Counted from the first letter of the stretch, positions 1 to 11,015 are shown. The stretch: 64,000 bases of DNA from Sedimentisphaerales bacterium (GCA_963708075.1 OY970194.1:5088001-5152000), one strand, 5' to 3'. The notes: generated by a model not told the origin, from the letters alone. Numbers and translations are program-made.

Positions 1-726
1 GACGAGCCGCTCGACCTCGCGGACACTGAGCCGCCCTGTCATTGCCCGGTTGGCAAGCTTGCGCCGCAACTCGTCATTCGGCAGCGACAGGATCGCCCGT
101 GCGTGGCCTGTGGTGATCTGACCGTTCACAAGCATCTGACGCAGATCTTCCGGTAAGTCCAGCAACCGCAAGTGGTTAGCGATTACGGACCGGTCCTCGC
201 CGAGCCGCTGCGAGGCCTCCGCCTGAGTCAGGGAGAACGCGCTGAGATACCGCTGGTAAGCCTTTGCTCTCTCGATGGGATTGAGGTCCCGGCGATGGAT
301 ATTCTCGACCAGCGACCATTCGAAGAGCTGCTCCTCAGTAACGGGCCGGACAAGCGCGGGGATTTTCCCCAAGCCTGCCATCTGGGCAGCCCGAAACCGT
401 CTTTCACCGGCAATGAGCTGGTAAGCGCCCTGGAACGGCCGGACAATGATCGGCTGGATGACCCCATTGGCCTTGATCGAATCGGCCAGCTCGATCAGGT
501 CCTGCTCGTTCCAGACCGTACGGGCCTGGTACGGGTTCGCAGAGACCTGATCCAGGGCCAGCTCCCGGAACGAATCACTTAACTCCTTGTCTGGTGGGAA
601 CTTAAGGACACTCGCAGGGGCTGGCGGAAGATCAGTATTCACCGCGACCTCTGCCATTATAGGACCTAACAATGACTCAAGCCCCCTGCCCAGGTGCCGT
701 GGCTTGTCGCCCCTGCCAGTACTCAT
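1..726 (-). CDS. parB: ParB/Spo0J chromosome partitioning protein (3' end runs off the window)
   Basis: Manual translation (absent from the ORF track): MSTGRGDKPRHLGRGLESLL...NPYQAR...GVIQPIIVR...LIAGERRFRAA...LVENIHRRDLNPIERA. AAGGGG RBS upstream. Confidence 0.95.
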   Translation of the reverse strand, partial: MSTGRGDKPRHLGRGLESLLGPIMAEVAVNTDLPPAPASVLKFPPDKELSDSFRELALDQVSANPYQARTVWNEQDLIELADSIKANGVIQPIIVRPFQGAYQLIAGERRFRAAQMAGLGKIPALVRPVTEEQLFEWSLVENIHRRDLNPIERAKAYQRYLSAFSLTQAEASQRLGEDRSVIANHLRLLDLPEDLRQMLVNGQITTGHARAILSLPNDELRRKLANRAMTGRLSVREVERLV

Positions 727-872
727 TGCATCGCCCCTTAAAAAATGGTGTTGTCCAAGTTGCGCAGGTGCACGATCTTAGAGGACACGCGCCCCGCTGT
801 TCAACTGTATTTTCGTCCTGGCGCGCTGAAATTCTGCAAATTTAGCCCTGGCAACCCAGCGAGCCGCCCCAC

Positions 873-888
873 TGTGGCACGTGGAACC
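873..888. promoter_or_regulatory. degenerate parS-like site
   Basis: TGTGGCACGTGGAACC versus parS consensus TGTTNCACGTGNAACA. Confidence 0.55.
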
Positions 889-1083
889 GCCGACCGTTTG
901 GCCGAGCACCTGCCGGCCGTGCATTCAGCCAAGCTCCCCATCAGGCCTCCGGACGAACACCGGCCGATCAGCGATGACCGGCTGCCAAAGGGCATCTTAC
1001 GTATAGTACCGGGCTTGGCGGGTGCCCGGGGTTCCTCTCCCCTGCGGATGCCGCTGGATCCAGGTCAAGCTCAGTGGTATGCC

Positions 1084-1099
1084 TGTGGCACGTGAAACA
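1084..1099. promoter_or_regulatory. parS-like site
   Basis: TGTGGCACGTGAAACA; right half-site is perfect. Confidence 0.7.
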
Positions 1100-1563
1100 A
1101 CGAATCCGTCAAATGCCCAACACGCCCTCAGGTCCGCACGCTCCTGCCCGCTCGCCAGGGTCCGCACATGCCGCCTGCGAACCTGCCGACGACTTTCGAA
1201 CCTCCTGCATTCCCCCCACGCGCCGGAAGGCACCAACGGGCTCTTGGAGGCATCAAGCCCGAACGCCTTCCACGGCCAGCCAGCAAACCGTCCCTCACTA
1301 CTGCGCGCGCCCACAAACAAGCCACCGCCTTGCGATGCCCCCAACTCGCACGCCCGCCTCAGCGCGTCAGGATAGACCCCCGTAAGCCTACCGCGAATGA
1401 GTCCGTCGTTCCCGCCCTTTGCGGTGGTCGGCCGACCCAAACAGGCAGGGCCGCCCACGGTAGCCGTTTGCTGCGATGCGACCAGCCCGCCGACTCTGAT
1501 GCACCACGAGCGCAGCAGCCCTACCGGCGGAACTTCGGACGTCGTCAACGCCTCAACAGCGCA

Positions 1564-1579
1564 TGTTCCACGTGGAACA
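1564..1579. promoter_or_regulatory. parS centromere-like site
   Basis: Perfect palindrome TGTTCCACGTGGAACA, about 840 bp upstream of parB. Confidence 0.9.
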
Positions 1580-2287
1580 TAGGCGTCGGTCGCCCGCTAA
1601 GACCACCCTGCTTGCAGTGTTTCTCGGTGCGCTCGGCCCACGACATACCCGCCGACGCTGGTCGGCAGCATCGCGGTCCACAGTGCTCAAAGTCATATCC
1701 ATAGAGACGCACGTCCCGTCGTAACTGCAGATTGTGCCCAAAGACGCAGATAGAGGACCCGGCGTTGGTCGCCGACAGCCCATTTCCTCGTGAAAGATCG
1801 ATTTCTCGCCAATTACTGATCTTGTCTTAGCGCCACCGCTCCTGTCGTACCCCGCTGCCCAGGCCTCCTGCGTCTCCCGCAGGACCTCTCGTTAAGCGTC
1901 AGCCCGCCCCATGGGTGGCGGCCAGCCGGACTATCTGGAGCTGCTGCCGGTCGGCACCAATGCGCATCCTGTAAGCCAGCCACGTCAACCAGGGCACGCA
2001 GCCAGACCACGACGTCAGGCTAACGATCAGCATCGTTTGGCCCAACCCGGCAGCGCCGTCGCCCACAAGGCCAGGAATGTTACCGACCGGCTGGAGCCAT
2101 ATTGATAGGGCAGCGATTATAGGACGCCCGCGACGGCACAGGTCTACGGGCTGGGGCGAAGCCCTGTGGGTAGGTGCGGGCAAGATAGGCGGTATAGGCA
2201 AGCCGGGCGTCCTGCGATGCGAGGTGGCGTTCATTGTAAGTCGTTACGTTTAGCCCGATGGCGGCGGCGCCTGAAAGATGTTGCGCG

Positions 2288-2839
2288 TCAGCGGCGGCGC
2301 CGGCGGATGGCAATTGCCCCCAAGGCGAGCAGGGCGATAGTGGCTGGCTCCGGCGTGTGGACGGGCACAATGGTCGGGATGACCTTGGTATCGCCCTTGG
2401 CAGCGCCACCGGGGCTCCACCCCGAGCCGGTGAAATCGGTCGCCGTGAGCGCCAGCGTGTCAGAGCCGCCGCCGGCGCCGCCAAGGCGGAGCTGCTCCTC
2501 GATGCGCTTCTCGGTCTCGGAGTGAAAAACCGCAATGACGATCTTCGGCTCATCGACGACGACGGTCGTGCACTCAGCAGCCGGGTCCGACACGTCGCCC
2601 AGCCAATACGCGAATCGGTAGCCCGGCTGGGGGCTAGCCGTGAGGGTCACGGTCGAGTTGGCCGAGATGCGGTGGGCCCCCGTGTTCGGCGTCACGTCAC
2701 CCGCCTCGAGCGGGCTGCGTTGGATCAGGAGGTCATATGCCGCCGTGTCGGCGCAGGCCCGGAGCGTCAGGCCGCCGACCGCAATGGTCAGGGCCGCCGC
2801 CAAGGACAACCTGCGACGCATGATCCCACCGCGTTTCAT
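2288..2839 (-). CDS. PEP-CTERM protein with an InlB B-repeat-like domain
   Basis: Signal peptide; VTLTASPQPGYRFAYW motif; C-terminal TPEPATIALLALGAIAIRRRRR; GGAGG RBS before the ATG at 2839. Confidence 0.85.
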   Translation of the reverse strand: MKRGGIMRRRLSLAAALTIAVGGLTLRACADTAAYDLLIQRSPLEAGDVTPNTGAHRISANSTVTLTASPQPGYRFAYWLGDVSDPAAECTTVVVDEPKIVIAVFHSETEKRIEEQLRLGGAGGGSDTLALTATDFTGSGWSPGGAAKGDTKVIPTIVPVHTPEPATIALLALGAIAIRRRRR

Positions 2840-3186
2840 TGGAGCGTACTCACCTCCCGTACAGGGTGAACCGCAGGGCCCAGGCGAAGGTATGTCGCGA
2901 CGTGCAGCACAGCGATGAACCATGCGCTCGTGACGCACCCCCAGCTCCATGAATCGGACCCCCAGTTCGACTTGCCTATAGCATACCGCATCAGGCCGCG
3001 CCAGTCAAGCACGGCAGGGGGGTGACGCCTCAATGTCCCGGGCGTCGCATAACAACCACGGTACCGGGGCGATGGCCCTGCTTTTTTGCGGACCCACGGT
3101 CGGCGTCGGCTCGCCGGCGAGAACATTTTTCCTGTTGATGGCCGCGCCTGCGAACAGCGGCGAATGAGACGCGGCCGCTAAGGCCC

Positions 3187-3362
3187 CAGGCAGTGACGTG
3201 TCACCACAGCCCGTTTGGAGTCCATCAACGGTCCTGATGCCTCGGAATCCCGGATTCCAATCTGAATAGGTCCGAATCGGCACTCAGTCCGCGAAGACGC
3301 GTCAGCTATTCATCTCGCCGGAGTCCTTGCAGGCTCTTGTGTGGAGATGGGGAAGCTGCCTG
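3187..3362. ncRNA. candidate rod-shaped structured RNA (6S RNA-like)
   Basis: Intergenic, 176 nt. Nested pairings found by eye: CAGGCAG/CTGCCTG, CCAC/GTGG, AGCCCG/CAGGCT, GGAGTCC/GGAGTCC (one mismatch), CTGATGCC/GGCACTCAG, TCGGA/TCCGA, with an asymmetric central bubble. Confidence 0.35.
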
Positions 3363-3474
3363 TGGATTCCTGCGGTCAAATCAGGAAAAACTGTTGAAAT
3401 CTCCGGGGATGGAGGGTACGATACGGCCAAGACAAGCCCACGTGACGGATGTCACGGCGGTGAGGTGGCAGCTT

Positions 3475-3771
3475 ATGGTGGACCCGGTGCAAACGAGCAA
3501 CAACAGCGCGGGCGAGAAGGGCGATGGGGCTGTGGTTGCGTATGTTGATGGCCTCAGCCAGGAACATCGGATGCTCGTGGTCCTCAAGGCCCAGTTGTAC
3601 GGCGGCTCGTGGGAGCCGATGCTCGACGACCTGCGAAATCGCCTGTCGGGAAAGCCGTACATCTTCAAGCTCGTCCACCGGATTCAGGATGATATCGAGC
3701 GCATCGAGCAGATGCGCAAGTTCGAAGCTGAGCATGGCGTCGATCTGACCGACTACGTCGATCTGGCGTGA
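3475..3771 (+). CDS. hypothetical protein (98 aa, helical)
   Basis: Coding-like GC3 bias; LYGGSWEPMLDDLRNRLSGKPYIFKL; GAGG upstream of the ATG at 3475. Confidence 0.75.
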   Translation: MVDPVQTSNNSAGEKGDGAVVAYVDGLSQEHRMLVVLKAQLYGGSWEPMLDDLRNRLSGKPYIFKLVHRIQDDIERIEQMRKFEAEHGVDLTDYVDLA

Positions 3772-3872
3772 GAAGTCGGCAGTCAATGGAAGGAGTCCCG
3801 AAAAGGGGAGACCTGGTTGGATCTCCGCTTTTCGAATTCCACTCAAAACTCGGTACTGGCAGGGTAGGGCAC

Positions 3873-4982
3873 ATGGGAAAATCATCACGACGGGAGGGTC
3901 TGTTGTTTCTGGCCGGATGTCTGCTGTGGTTCGGGTCTACGACCGTCCGCGCCCAGGACACCTTCGATTGCTTCATCTCCAAGGATCTGCTCGATCACGC
4001 GGGTCTCTCGCTTGTCTGGCAGAACGCGCTGCCGGTCAAGGAGGGCGAGAAGCTCGAGACGATGCAGTTGCTCAACGAGCGGCTGTATATCCGCTCGGAC
4101 CGCAACTACACGTGGTCGCTCGGCCGCAACGACGGCAAGATCATATTCAGCAGGGCCATCGCGCCTGCCGGGTTCGTGATCCCTGGATGGACCGCCTACG
4201 AGGACCGGCTGATCGGCGTCATCGATAACCGGCTCGTGCAACTCGATCTCGAGACCGGAATCCAGAAGCAGGCCGATGACCTCGGGCTGAGTATTGCCGC
4301 TCCCCCGGTGCGCAACAGTAAATTCTTCTACATCAGCGCCACGGACCGGCGCCTGCACGCGTTGCGAGAGAAGGACTTGGTCCAGCTCTTTGAGGTGGCC
4401 GCCGAAAACGATTCGCTCATCACCACGGTCCTTGCCGACGACCAGATGGTCGTCTTCGGCACCGATGCCGGCAATCTCATGGCCGTGGCGGCCGACCGGC
4501 CCAGGAAGCTCTGGGAATTCAAGGCGCCCGACGCCATCGCCGGACCCGTCGTTCAAGATGCCAATTCGTACTTCTTTGCCGACAAGGACATGAGCGTCTA
4601 CAGGGTGGACGCGAGCCCATCATCGGGGGTGAGCCTTGTGTGGAAGTACCATACCGAAGGGGTGCTGGATCGTCCCCCGCAGGTCACGAAAGACGTCGTC
4701 TATCAGTACGCTCCCGCCCGGGGCCTGACCGCCATCCACAAGCAGTCCGGCCAGACGATCTGGGCGTTGCGGGAGGGCATCGATCTGCTGGCGGAGGCCG
4801 CCGGCAGGGCATACGTCATCACGAAGGAAAAGACGCTGACCGTCATGGATAATGCCACGGGCCGAAAGCTGTATTGGGTGAATTTAGCTCCCGTTTTCCA
4901 TTACGCGGTCAACACGGCCGACGCGAAAATCTATGTGGCCGACGCGCAGGGACACATCGTGTGCCTCGCGCCGACACGGTAG
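3873..4982 (+). CDS. PQQ-like beta-propeller (BamB-like) secreted protein
   Basis: Signal peptide; repeated blades ending in W/F (LWEFKA, LVWKY, GQTIW, GRKLYW). Confidence 0.8.
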   Translation: MGKSSRREGLLFLAGCLLWFGSTTVRAQDTFDCFISKDLLDHAGLSLVWQNALPVKEGEKLETMQLLNERLYIRSDRNYTWSLGRNDGKIIFSRAIAPAGFVIPGWTAYEDRLIGVIDNRLVQLDLETGIQKQADDLGLSIAAPPVRNSKFFYISATDRRLHALREKDLVQLFEVAAENDSLITTVLADDQMVVFGTDAGNLMAVAADRPRKLWEFKAPDAIAGPVVQDANSYFFADKDMSVYRVDASPSSGVSLVWKYHTEGVLDRPPQVTKDVVYQYAPARGLTAIHKQSGQTIWALREGIDLLAEAAGRAYVITKEKTLTVMDNATGRKLYWVNLAPVFHYAVNTADAKIYVADAQGHIVCLAPTR

Positions 4983-5013
4983 GAGCAGGTGCAGGATTCG
5001 AAAAGGAGTTGAT

Positions 5014-6625
5014 ATGGACGTCACAATCAGGACCGCTCTGATCAGTGTTTCGGACAAGACCGGGGTCATCGGTTTCGCCAACGCCCTGGCGCAGATGGGG
5101 GTCAAGATCATCAGCACCGGAGGCACGGCCAAGAAGCTCGCGGAGGCGGGAATCCACGTCGTGAGCATCGACTCCGTCACCGGCTTTCCCGAGATGATGG
5201 ACGGCCGGGTCAAGACTCTGCACCCGAAGATCCACGGCGCGTTGCTCGGCCTGAGGGACAAGAAGGAACACGTCGAGGCCATGCGCGAGCACGGCATCGA
5301 GCCGATCGACCTGGTTTGCGTCAACCTCTATCCGTTCGAGCAGACGATCTCGAAACCGGAGTGCACGCTCGAAGAGGCGATCGAGAACATCGATATCGGC
5401 GGGCCCAGCATGATCCGCTCGGCCGCAAAGAACCACAAGTTCGTCACCGTCGTCACCGCCTCCGACCACTACCCGCGCGTGATCGAGCAGATGCGCAGCA
5501 ACAATGGCGCCGTCGAGCGCCAAGCTGCGCGAAGAGCTGGCGCGGGCGGCCTTCAGTCTGACGGCTACGTACGACGCCACCATTTCGAGATACCTCAATG
5601 CGCGGGCGGGCGTGGAATTCCCCAACCGCATGACCATCGGGCTGACGAGGGAGATGGCGTTGCGCTACGGGGAGAACCCGCACCAGGCGGCGGCCCTGTA
5701 CAAGCTGCCCCGCAGCCAGGAGGCCTGCGTCAGCAACGGGCGCGTCCTGCAGAGCGAGACCGAGATCAGCTTCAACAATCTGCTCGACGCCGACGCCGCG
5801 TTCGAGCTCGCCAAAGAATTTGAGGAGCCCGCCGCCGTGGTGGTCAAGCACCTCAACCCGTGCGGCTGCGCCATGGACGACGATATCTCTGTCGCCTATC
5901 GAAAGGCGTATGAAGGGGACGTCGTCAGTGCGTTCGGCGGCATCATCGCCGTGAACAGGCCCGTCGATGTCGAGCTGGCCCGAACCATCATGGAGTCCTA
6001 TGGCCGCTTTGGAAAGGCCCTCGGGGCTGAGGGCTTCTTCGCCGAGGTCATCGTCGCTCCGAAGTTCTATGAGGACGCCATCGAGATCGTCCGGACCCTC
6101 AAAGTCTGGGGCAGCCGGGTCCGCCTCGTCGAGACCGGCCCCATCGACCGGACCAGGATCGATACGAACGAGTATGACGTACGCCACATCGTGGGCGGCC
6201 TGCTACTGCAGAAGAGAGATCTGGTCGGCTGGGAGCCTGATGTGCTGACGTTCCCGACCAAGGCCAGGCCGACGCCGGAGCAGCTCGCCGATTTGCGGCT
6301 TGCCTGGCTCGTCGCCAAGCACACCAAGAGCAACACGATCATCATCGCCAAGAACAGGAAGGTCCTCGGCGTAGGGGCCGGGCAAATGAACCGCGTGGAG
6401 TCCGGCCTGCTCGCGGCCAAGCGTGCCGGCGACGAGGCCCGCGGCGCCGTCATCGCCTCCGATGCCTTCTTCCCGTTCCCCGACAATGTCGAGAACGCCG
6501 CGGCGATTGGCATCACCGCCATCGTCCAACCGGGCGGGTCCAAGAAGGATGACGAGGTCATCGCCGCCGCCGACAAGCACGGAATCGCCATGGTCTTCAC
6601 CGGCAAACGGCACTTCAAGCATTGA
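5014..6625 (+). CDS. purH: bifunctional AICAR transformylase/IMP cyclohydrolase; one frameshift near 5515
   Basis: [38 protein letters not shown] in one frame; [35 protein letters not shown] in the next frame. Confidence 0.95.
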
Positions 6626-6680
6626 GCCATCGCACCCAGGGCGACTCTTGGTTCTCACATAGGCCGGGTAGACGCAACAA

Positions 6681-6771
6681 GGGGCCACGCGCAAACTCGT
6701 TTGCTTGCGGGGCTTCGGATGATCGCGCCTGAGCGAATCAGCACCGTCAAACGAGTTTGGCGGTGCCACCC
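6681..6771. repeat. REP-doublet (REPIN-like) family A
   Basis: Similar to 25681..25771 (GCAAACTCGTTTGC...GCACCGTCAAACRAGTTTGGCGGTGCCACCC); partial copy near 58634..58659. Confidence 0.8.
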
Positions 6772-6883
6772 GGCAAGCACAGGGACCTGGCCCTACTGTG
6801 CTTGGCGTACTCAGCGAAACCCTGAATGCTGCTACGGAGAATCACTACAGACTCCGCTCCTGTCCGGCGGTATCAAGGCAGCT

Positions 6884-8305
6884 ATGGGCAAAGTACGGGT
6901 AAAGACGACCTGGGATTATGAGATTTCTCTCGACGATCGTGCTGTCGATCAGTTCAAGGCGTCCCTGTGCGGGAAGGTGATTCTGGCCAACGATCCGGCG
7001 TATGAGTCGGCCCGGCGGGTGTACAATGGGATGATCGACAAGCATCCCTGCATGATCGCCCGTTGCGTGGACGTGGCCGATGTCGTCTGCACGGTGAACT
7101 TCGCCCGCGAAAACGGACTGCTTCTGGCGGTGCGCGGTGGCGGACACAACGGCGCGGGGCTGGGGACGTGCGAAAATGGCATCGTGCTCGACCTGTCGTC
7201 GATGAACGGAGTCCGGGTGGACCCGGACTCGCACACCGTGCGTGCCGAGGGTGGTTGCACACAAGGAGAAGTGGACCACGCCGCTTCCGCATTCGGCTTG
7301 GCAGTGCCGGCCGGCGTTGTCTCGACCACCGGCATCGGCGGCCTGACTCTGGGCGGCGGTCACGGCTATCTCACGCGCAAGTACGGCCTGACGATCGACA
7401 ATCTCCTGGAAGCGGATGTCGTTCTCGCCGACGGCCGGCTTGTCGTCGCGTCGGCTGACAGGAACGAAGACCTTTTCTGGGCGATCCGGGGCGGCGGAGG
7501 CAACTTCGGCGTCGTCACCAGCTTTCTGTATCAAGCCCATCCGGTCAGCATGGTCACGGCAGGCCCGATGTTCTGGGATATGCGCCAGGCGGCGGACATC
7601 ATGTGCTGGTACCGCGAGTTCCTGCCCGCGGCGCCGGAGGACCTCTATGGTTTCTTTGCGTTCATGAACATCCTGCCGGTGCCGCTATTTCCCACCCACC
7701 TGCACGGCAGATGCGTCTGCGCCGTCGTCTGGTGCCATCTGGGCTCCGCCGAACAAGCGACGAAAGACCTGGATGAGGTGCGACGGTCCCATCCGCCGCT
7801 GTTCGAGCACGTCGGGTGCATGCCGTTCGCCGCCTTGCAGCAGATGTTCGATCCGCTCCTGCCGCCCGGCCTGCAATGGTACTGGAACGGCGATTTCGTC
7901 AGGGAGCTGAGCGACGAGGCCATTGAGCAGCACATCCAGTACGCCTCGCATCTGCCGAACCTGCTGTCCGCGATGCACCTGTACCCGATCGACGGGCAGG
8001 TCAACCGGGTCGCCCAGGACGCGACGGCCTTCAGCTATCGCGATGCCAAGTGGTCCATGGTCATCACCGGGATCGACCCGGACCCCGCCAATCGTGAGAA
8101 GATCACGAAGTGGGCGAGGGAATACTGGGATGCGGTACACCCGTACTGCGCCGGCGGGGCCTATGTGAATTTCATGATGGAGGAAGGCGCCGATCGTGTC
8201 CAGGCCACCTATCGGGACAACTACGATCGCCTTGCGAGCGTCAAGGCCAGGTACGACCCGGGCAACCTCTTCCGTGTGAATCAGAACATCACGCCTCAAC
8301 ACTGA
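6884..8305 (+). CDS. FAD-binding oxidoreductase (berberine bridge enzyme-like)
   Basis: VRGGGHNGAG, TGIGGLTLGGGHG, DLFWAIRGGGGNFGVVT, YVNF...KARYDPGNLF. Confidence 0.92.
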   Translation: MGKVRVKTTWDYEISLDDRAVDQFKASLCGKVILANDPAYESARRVYNGMIDKHPCMIARCVDVADVVCTVNFARENGLLLAVRGGGHNGAGLGTCENGIVLDLSSMNGVRVDPDSHTVRAEGGCTQGEVDHAASAFGLAVPAGVVSTTGIGGLTLGGGHGYLTRKYGLTIDNLLEADVVLADGRLVVASADRNEDLFWAIRGGGGNFGVVTSFLYQAHPVSMVTAGPMFWDMRQAADIMCWYREFLPAAPEDLYGFFAFMNILPVPLFPTHLHGRCVCAVVWCHLGSAEQATKDLDEVRRSHPPLFEHVGCMPFAALQQMFDPLLPPGLQWYWNGDFVRELSDEAIEQHIQYASHLPNLLSAMHLYPIDGQVNRVAQDATAFSYRDAKWSMVITGIDPDPANREKITKWAREYWDAVHPYCAGGAYVNFMMEEGADRVQATYRDNYDRLASVKARYDPGNLFRVNQNITPQH

Positions 8306-8347
8306 GGCGGTTCTCTTCCAAAGCGGTGCGCAATCGAGGGTCAAATC

Positions 8348-9772
8348 ATGGAAGCGCTACACATTCAGACGAACACATTGCAGCAAGCCACGCTCGATGA
8401 AGATGCGGTTGAACGACTCGATCAGTCTCTCACGGGCGAGCTGATCCGTCCGACGGATGAGATGTACGACGAGGCCCGCAAAGTGTGGAACGGGCTGATT
8501 GACAAACGCCCCGCGTTGATTGCCCGATGTGCCAATGCGGAGGATGTGGTGACAGCAGTCAATTTCGCGAGGGAGCACGATGTGCTTCTGTCCGTCCGCA
8601 GCGGCGGGCACAATGTCGCCGGCCGGGCGCTCTGCGACGATGGGCTTGTGGTGGATTTGTCGCCGATGCGGGGCGTTCGCGTAGATCCGATCCGTCGGAC
8701 CGTGCAGGTGCAGGGCGGCGCAACGCTGGGCGACATCGACCGTGCGACACAACCCTTCGGTTTGGCCGTCCCGATTGGGCTGGTCTCTGCCACCGGCATC
8801 GGCGGTTTGACCCTTCACGGCGGCATCGGCTGGCTGATGCGCGAGCACGGCTTGACCATCGACAATCTCCTCTCGGTTGACATCGTCACCGCTGATGGCC
8901 AGTTGCGCAAGGCCAGTGAAACGGAATACGCCGACCTGTTCTGGGCCATTCGCGGCGGCGGGGGCAATTTCGGGATCGTCACCTCGTTCGAGTTCCGCGC
9001 CTATCCGGTCGGGCCGCAGGTCTGGTTTCTCGCGACCGTCTATCCGATTTCACAGGCCCGCCGGGTTCTGCAGTTTACGAGAGATTTCGCGGCCGATGCG
9101 CCGGAGGACCTGGGTCTGTTGACGACGCTGTGGAGCGCCCCGGATGCCGAGCCGGTCCCGAGAGAGTACCGCGGGACGCCGGTGATCATCGTGGCCGGCT
9201 GCTACAGCGGGCCGCTGGAAACGGGCGAGCGAGTCATCCAGCCGCTACGGGAAATCACAGAGCCTATTGCGGACCTCAGCGGTCCCATGCCCTTCCAGGG
9301 CGTCCAGACTTTTCTCGACGCGGATTATCCCGACGGCTGGTTGTACTACTGGAAATCAGCCTTTCTGCAAGACCTGAGTGATCCGTCGATCGATCTCCTG
9401 ATCAGCCATGCCGCCGGGCGGCCCTCGCCCCTGAGCTCCATCGACATCGTCTTTCTCGAAGGCGCCGTAACTCGGGTTCCTGCCGCGGCAACCGCTTTTG
9501 CGCGCCGCGACGTGTCCTGGTTCATCGGCATCGAGGCCAATTGGACGGACGCGGATCAATCCGACGCCAATATAGTCTGGGCGAGACAGGCCTTCGAAGA
9601 CATGCAGCAATTCGCGCACGGCACATATCTGAATTTCCCGGGCTTCCTGGAGGACAGCGACAAACTCCTGCAGGGCGCCTACGAAGTCAATTACGAGCGA
9701 TTGCGGACTATCAAGGGCAGGTATGACCCGGACAACCTGTTCCACGGCGTCTTGAACATCGTCCCCATATGA
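8348..9772 (+). CDS. FAD-binding oxidoreductase (berberine bridge enzyme-like), tandem paralog
   Basis: VRSGGHNVAG, DLFWAIRGGGGNFGIVT, YLNF...KGRYDPDNLF. Confidence 0.92.
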   Translation: MEALHIQTNTLQQATLDEDAVERLDQSLTGELIRPTDEMYDEARKVWNGLIDKRPALIARCANAEDVVTAVNFAREHDVLLSVRSGGHNVAGRALCDDGLVVDLSPMRGVRVDPIRRTVQVQGGATLGDIDRATQPFGLAVPIGLVSATGIGGLTLHGGIGWLMREHGLTIDNLLSVDIVTADGQLRKASETEYADLFWAIRGGGGNFGIVTSFEFRAYPVGPQVWFLATVYPISQARRVLQFTRDFAADAPEDLGLLTTLWSAPDAEPVPREYRGTPVIIVAGCYSGPLETGERVIQPLREITEPIADLSGPMPFQGVQTFLDADYPDGWLYYWKSAFLQDLSDPSIDLLISHAAGRPSPLSSIDIVFLEGAVTRVPAAATAFARRDVSWFIGIEANWTDADQSDANIVWARQAFEDMQQFAHGTYLNFPGFLEDSDKLLQGAYEVNYERLRTIKGRYDPDNLFHGVLNIVPI

Positions 9773-9805
9773 GCGTAACCCGAAGTCTGTCGTGCGCCGT
9801 GTGCT

Positions 9806-10384
9806 CTATCGATTCTTGAGGAGCTCCCGGATGGCTTGGAGTTCCAACAGGATTTGCTGCAGGACCGGCTGCTCTACTTTTTCGGCGGACGGCTCCGCTG
9901 CCTGCCGCTCGACCCTGGTTCTGTCGTGTGCCCTGATCCTCTCGCGGATCGTCTCCTTGATCGGTTCGAGCTGACGGATGCCCACGAGCCGCAGCTCGGC
10001 ATGGGTGCTTTGCCCGCCGCTGGCGCCGGCGGTTTGAACATGGATTGTCCCGATGTTGAAGGCTCGTTCGAGCGGGCCTTGAGTAATGTCGATGTTCGTG
10101 ATCTTCACGAACGGCACAGTGACATACCGCTTCCAGAACACGCCGGCCTGCCCCCGCACTGCGTCATCCTCGATGGCGTAGCTGATGGAATTGTAGTAGG
10201 CCGGTATCCACAGCAGGAGCAGCACCATTACGAGCAGCCAGACCATCAGGACCAGCCCGAACACCACGGGGTTCGCCAGGAGCAGGAGGAGCAGCACGGG
10301 CGTGCCGATGGCGGAGACGATGATCCAGTTCACGTACCACAGCGTCCGCTGTCCCTTCTCCGGTTGAAGCGTCAATGTATCCAT
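9806..10384 (-). CDS. membrane protein with bacterial PH domain (bPH_2/YdbS-like)
   Basis: Two TM helices then GVFWKRYVTVPFVKITNIDITQGPLERAFNIGTIHVQTAG; GGAG RBS. Confidence 0.85.
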   Translation of the reverse strand: MDTLTLQPEKGQRTLWYVNWIIVSAIGTPVLLLLLLANPVVFGLVLMVWLLVMVLLLLWIPAYYNSISYAIEDDAVRGQAGVFWKRYVTVPFVKITNIDITQGPLERAFNIGTIHVQTAGASGGQSTHAELRLVGIRQLEPIKETIRERIRAHDRTRVERQAAEPSAEKVEQPVLQQILLELQAIRELLKNR

Positions 10385-10428
10385 GTTCTTCTCTCCCAAT
10401 TCACGCCGATTTGTCTGTCTGCTCGCTA

Positions 10429-10977
10429 TCAACGGTGCACATCGACGCGGCGGTCGAGCAGGCCGTATTTCGTGCCTTGCATGTAGTGCAGCGTGTGGAA
10501 CTTCTCCGGAATCCACGCGCCGTCGAAGAATTCCTCCTCGGCCGAGGCGTACACGACCTCGCAGATGAGCAGGTCGTGCGTCGTCACCGTGAACGTCTGC
10601 ACGACCTGGCATTCGAGGTGCCCGGCACACTCGGCGATCAGCGGCGGCTTGACGAGATTGGCGGGCACGGGGGTCAGACCGGCCTCCTTGAACTTATCCA
10701 CCTTGCGACCACCTACGGTGCCGCAGAGATGCGTCTGTTCGAGCAGCTCCTCGCCGGGCACGTTGATCACCAGCTCGTTGTTCTGCCGGATCAGCTCGTA
10801 CGTATACCGCACGCGGTTCATCACGAGCAGCACCAGGCAGGGGTCGGCCGTCTGGACCGGTGTTTGCCAACTGAGCGCCATTACGTTCGCTTTGGTCATC
10901 GTCCCGCCGGTGACCAGGACCACGCAGCCGGGCTCGATGAGCCACTTGGCCTGATTCAAAGGCACGCCTCGCTTCAT
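10429..10977 (-). CDS. flavin reductase family protein
   Basis: NVMALSW, ELVINVP, CGTVGGRKVDKF, PPLIAECAGHLEC, THDLLICEV. Confidence 0.88.
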   Translation of the reverse strand: MKRGVPLNQAKWLIEPGCVVLVTGGTMTKANVMALSWQTPVQTADPCLVLLVMNRVRYTYELIRQNNELVINVPGEELLEQTHLCGTVGGRKVDKFKEAGLTPVPANLVKPPLIAECAGHLECQVVQTFTVTTHDLLICEVVYASAEEEFFDGAWIPEKFHTLHYMQGTKYGLLDRRVDVHR

Positions 10978-11015
10978 AGGCTTGTCCTCTCGTGCACCTG
11001 CCCAGGCAGCATCGG

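Noticed and set aside
1782..1797. Fourth parS site ATTTCCTCGTGAAAGA
   Set aside because: At least four mismatches, including in the CACGTG core.
730..1810. oriC in the parB upstream region
   Set aside because: No DnaA-box cluster or AT-rich unwinding element was seen.
1899..2234. Possible small membrane protein downstream of the PEP-CTERM gene
   Set aside because: Hydrophobic patches are spread over different frames, with no RBS or recognisable family; it cannot be supported.
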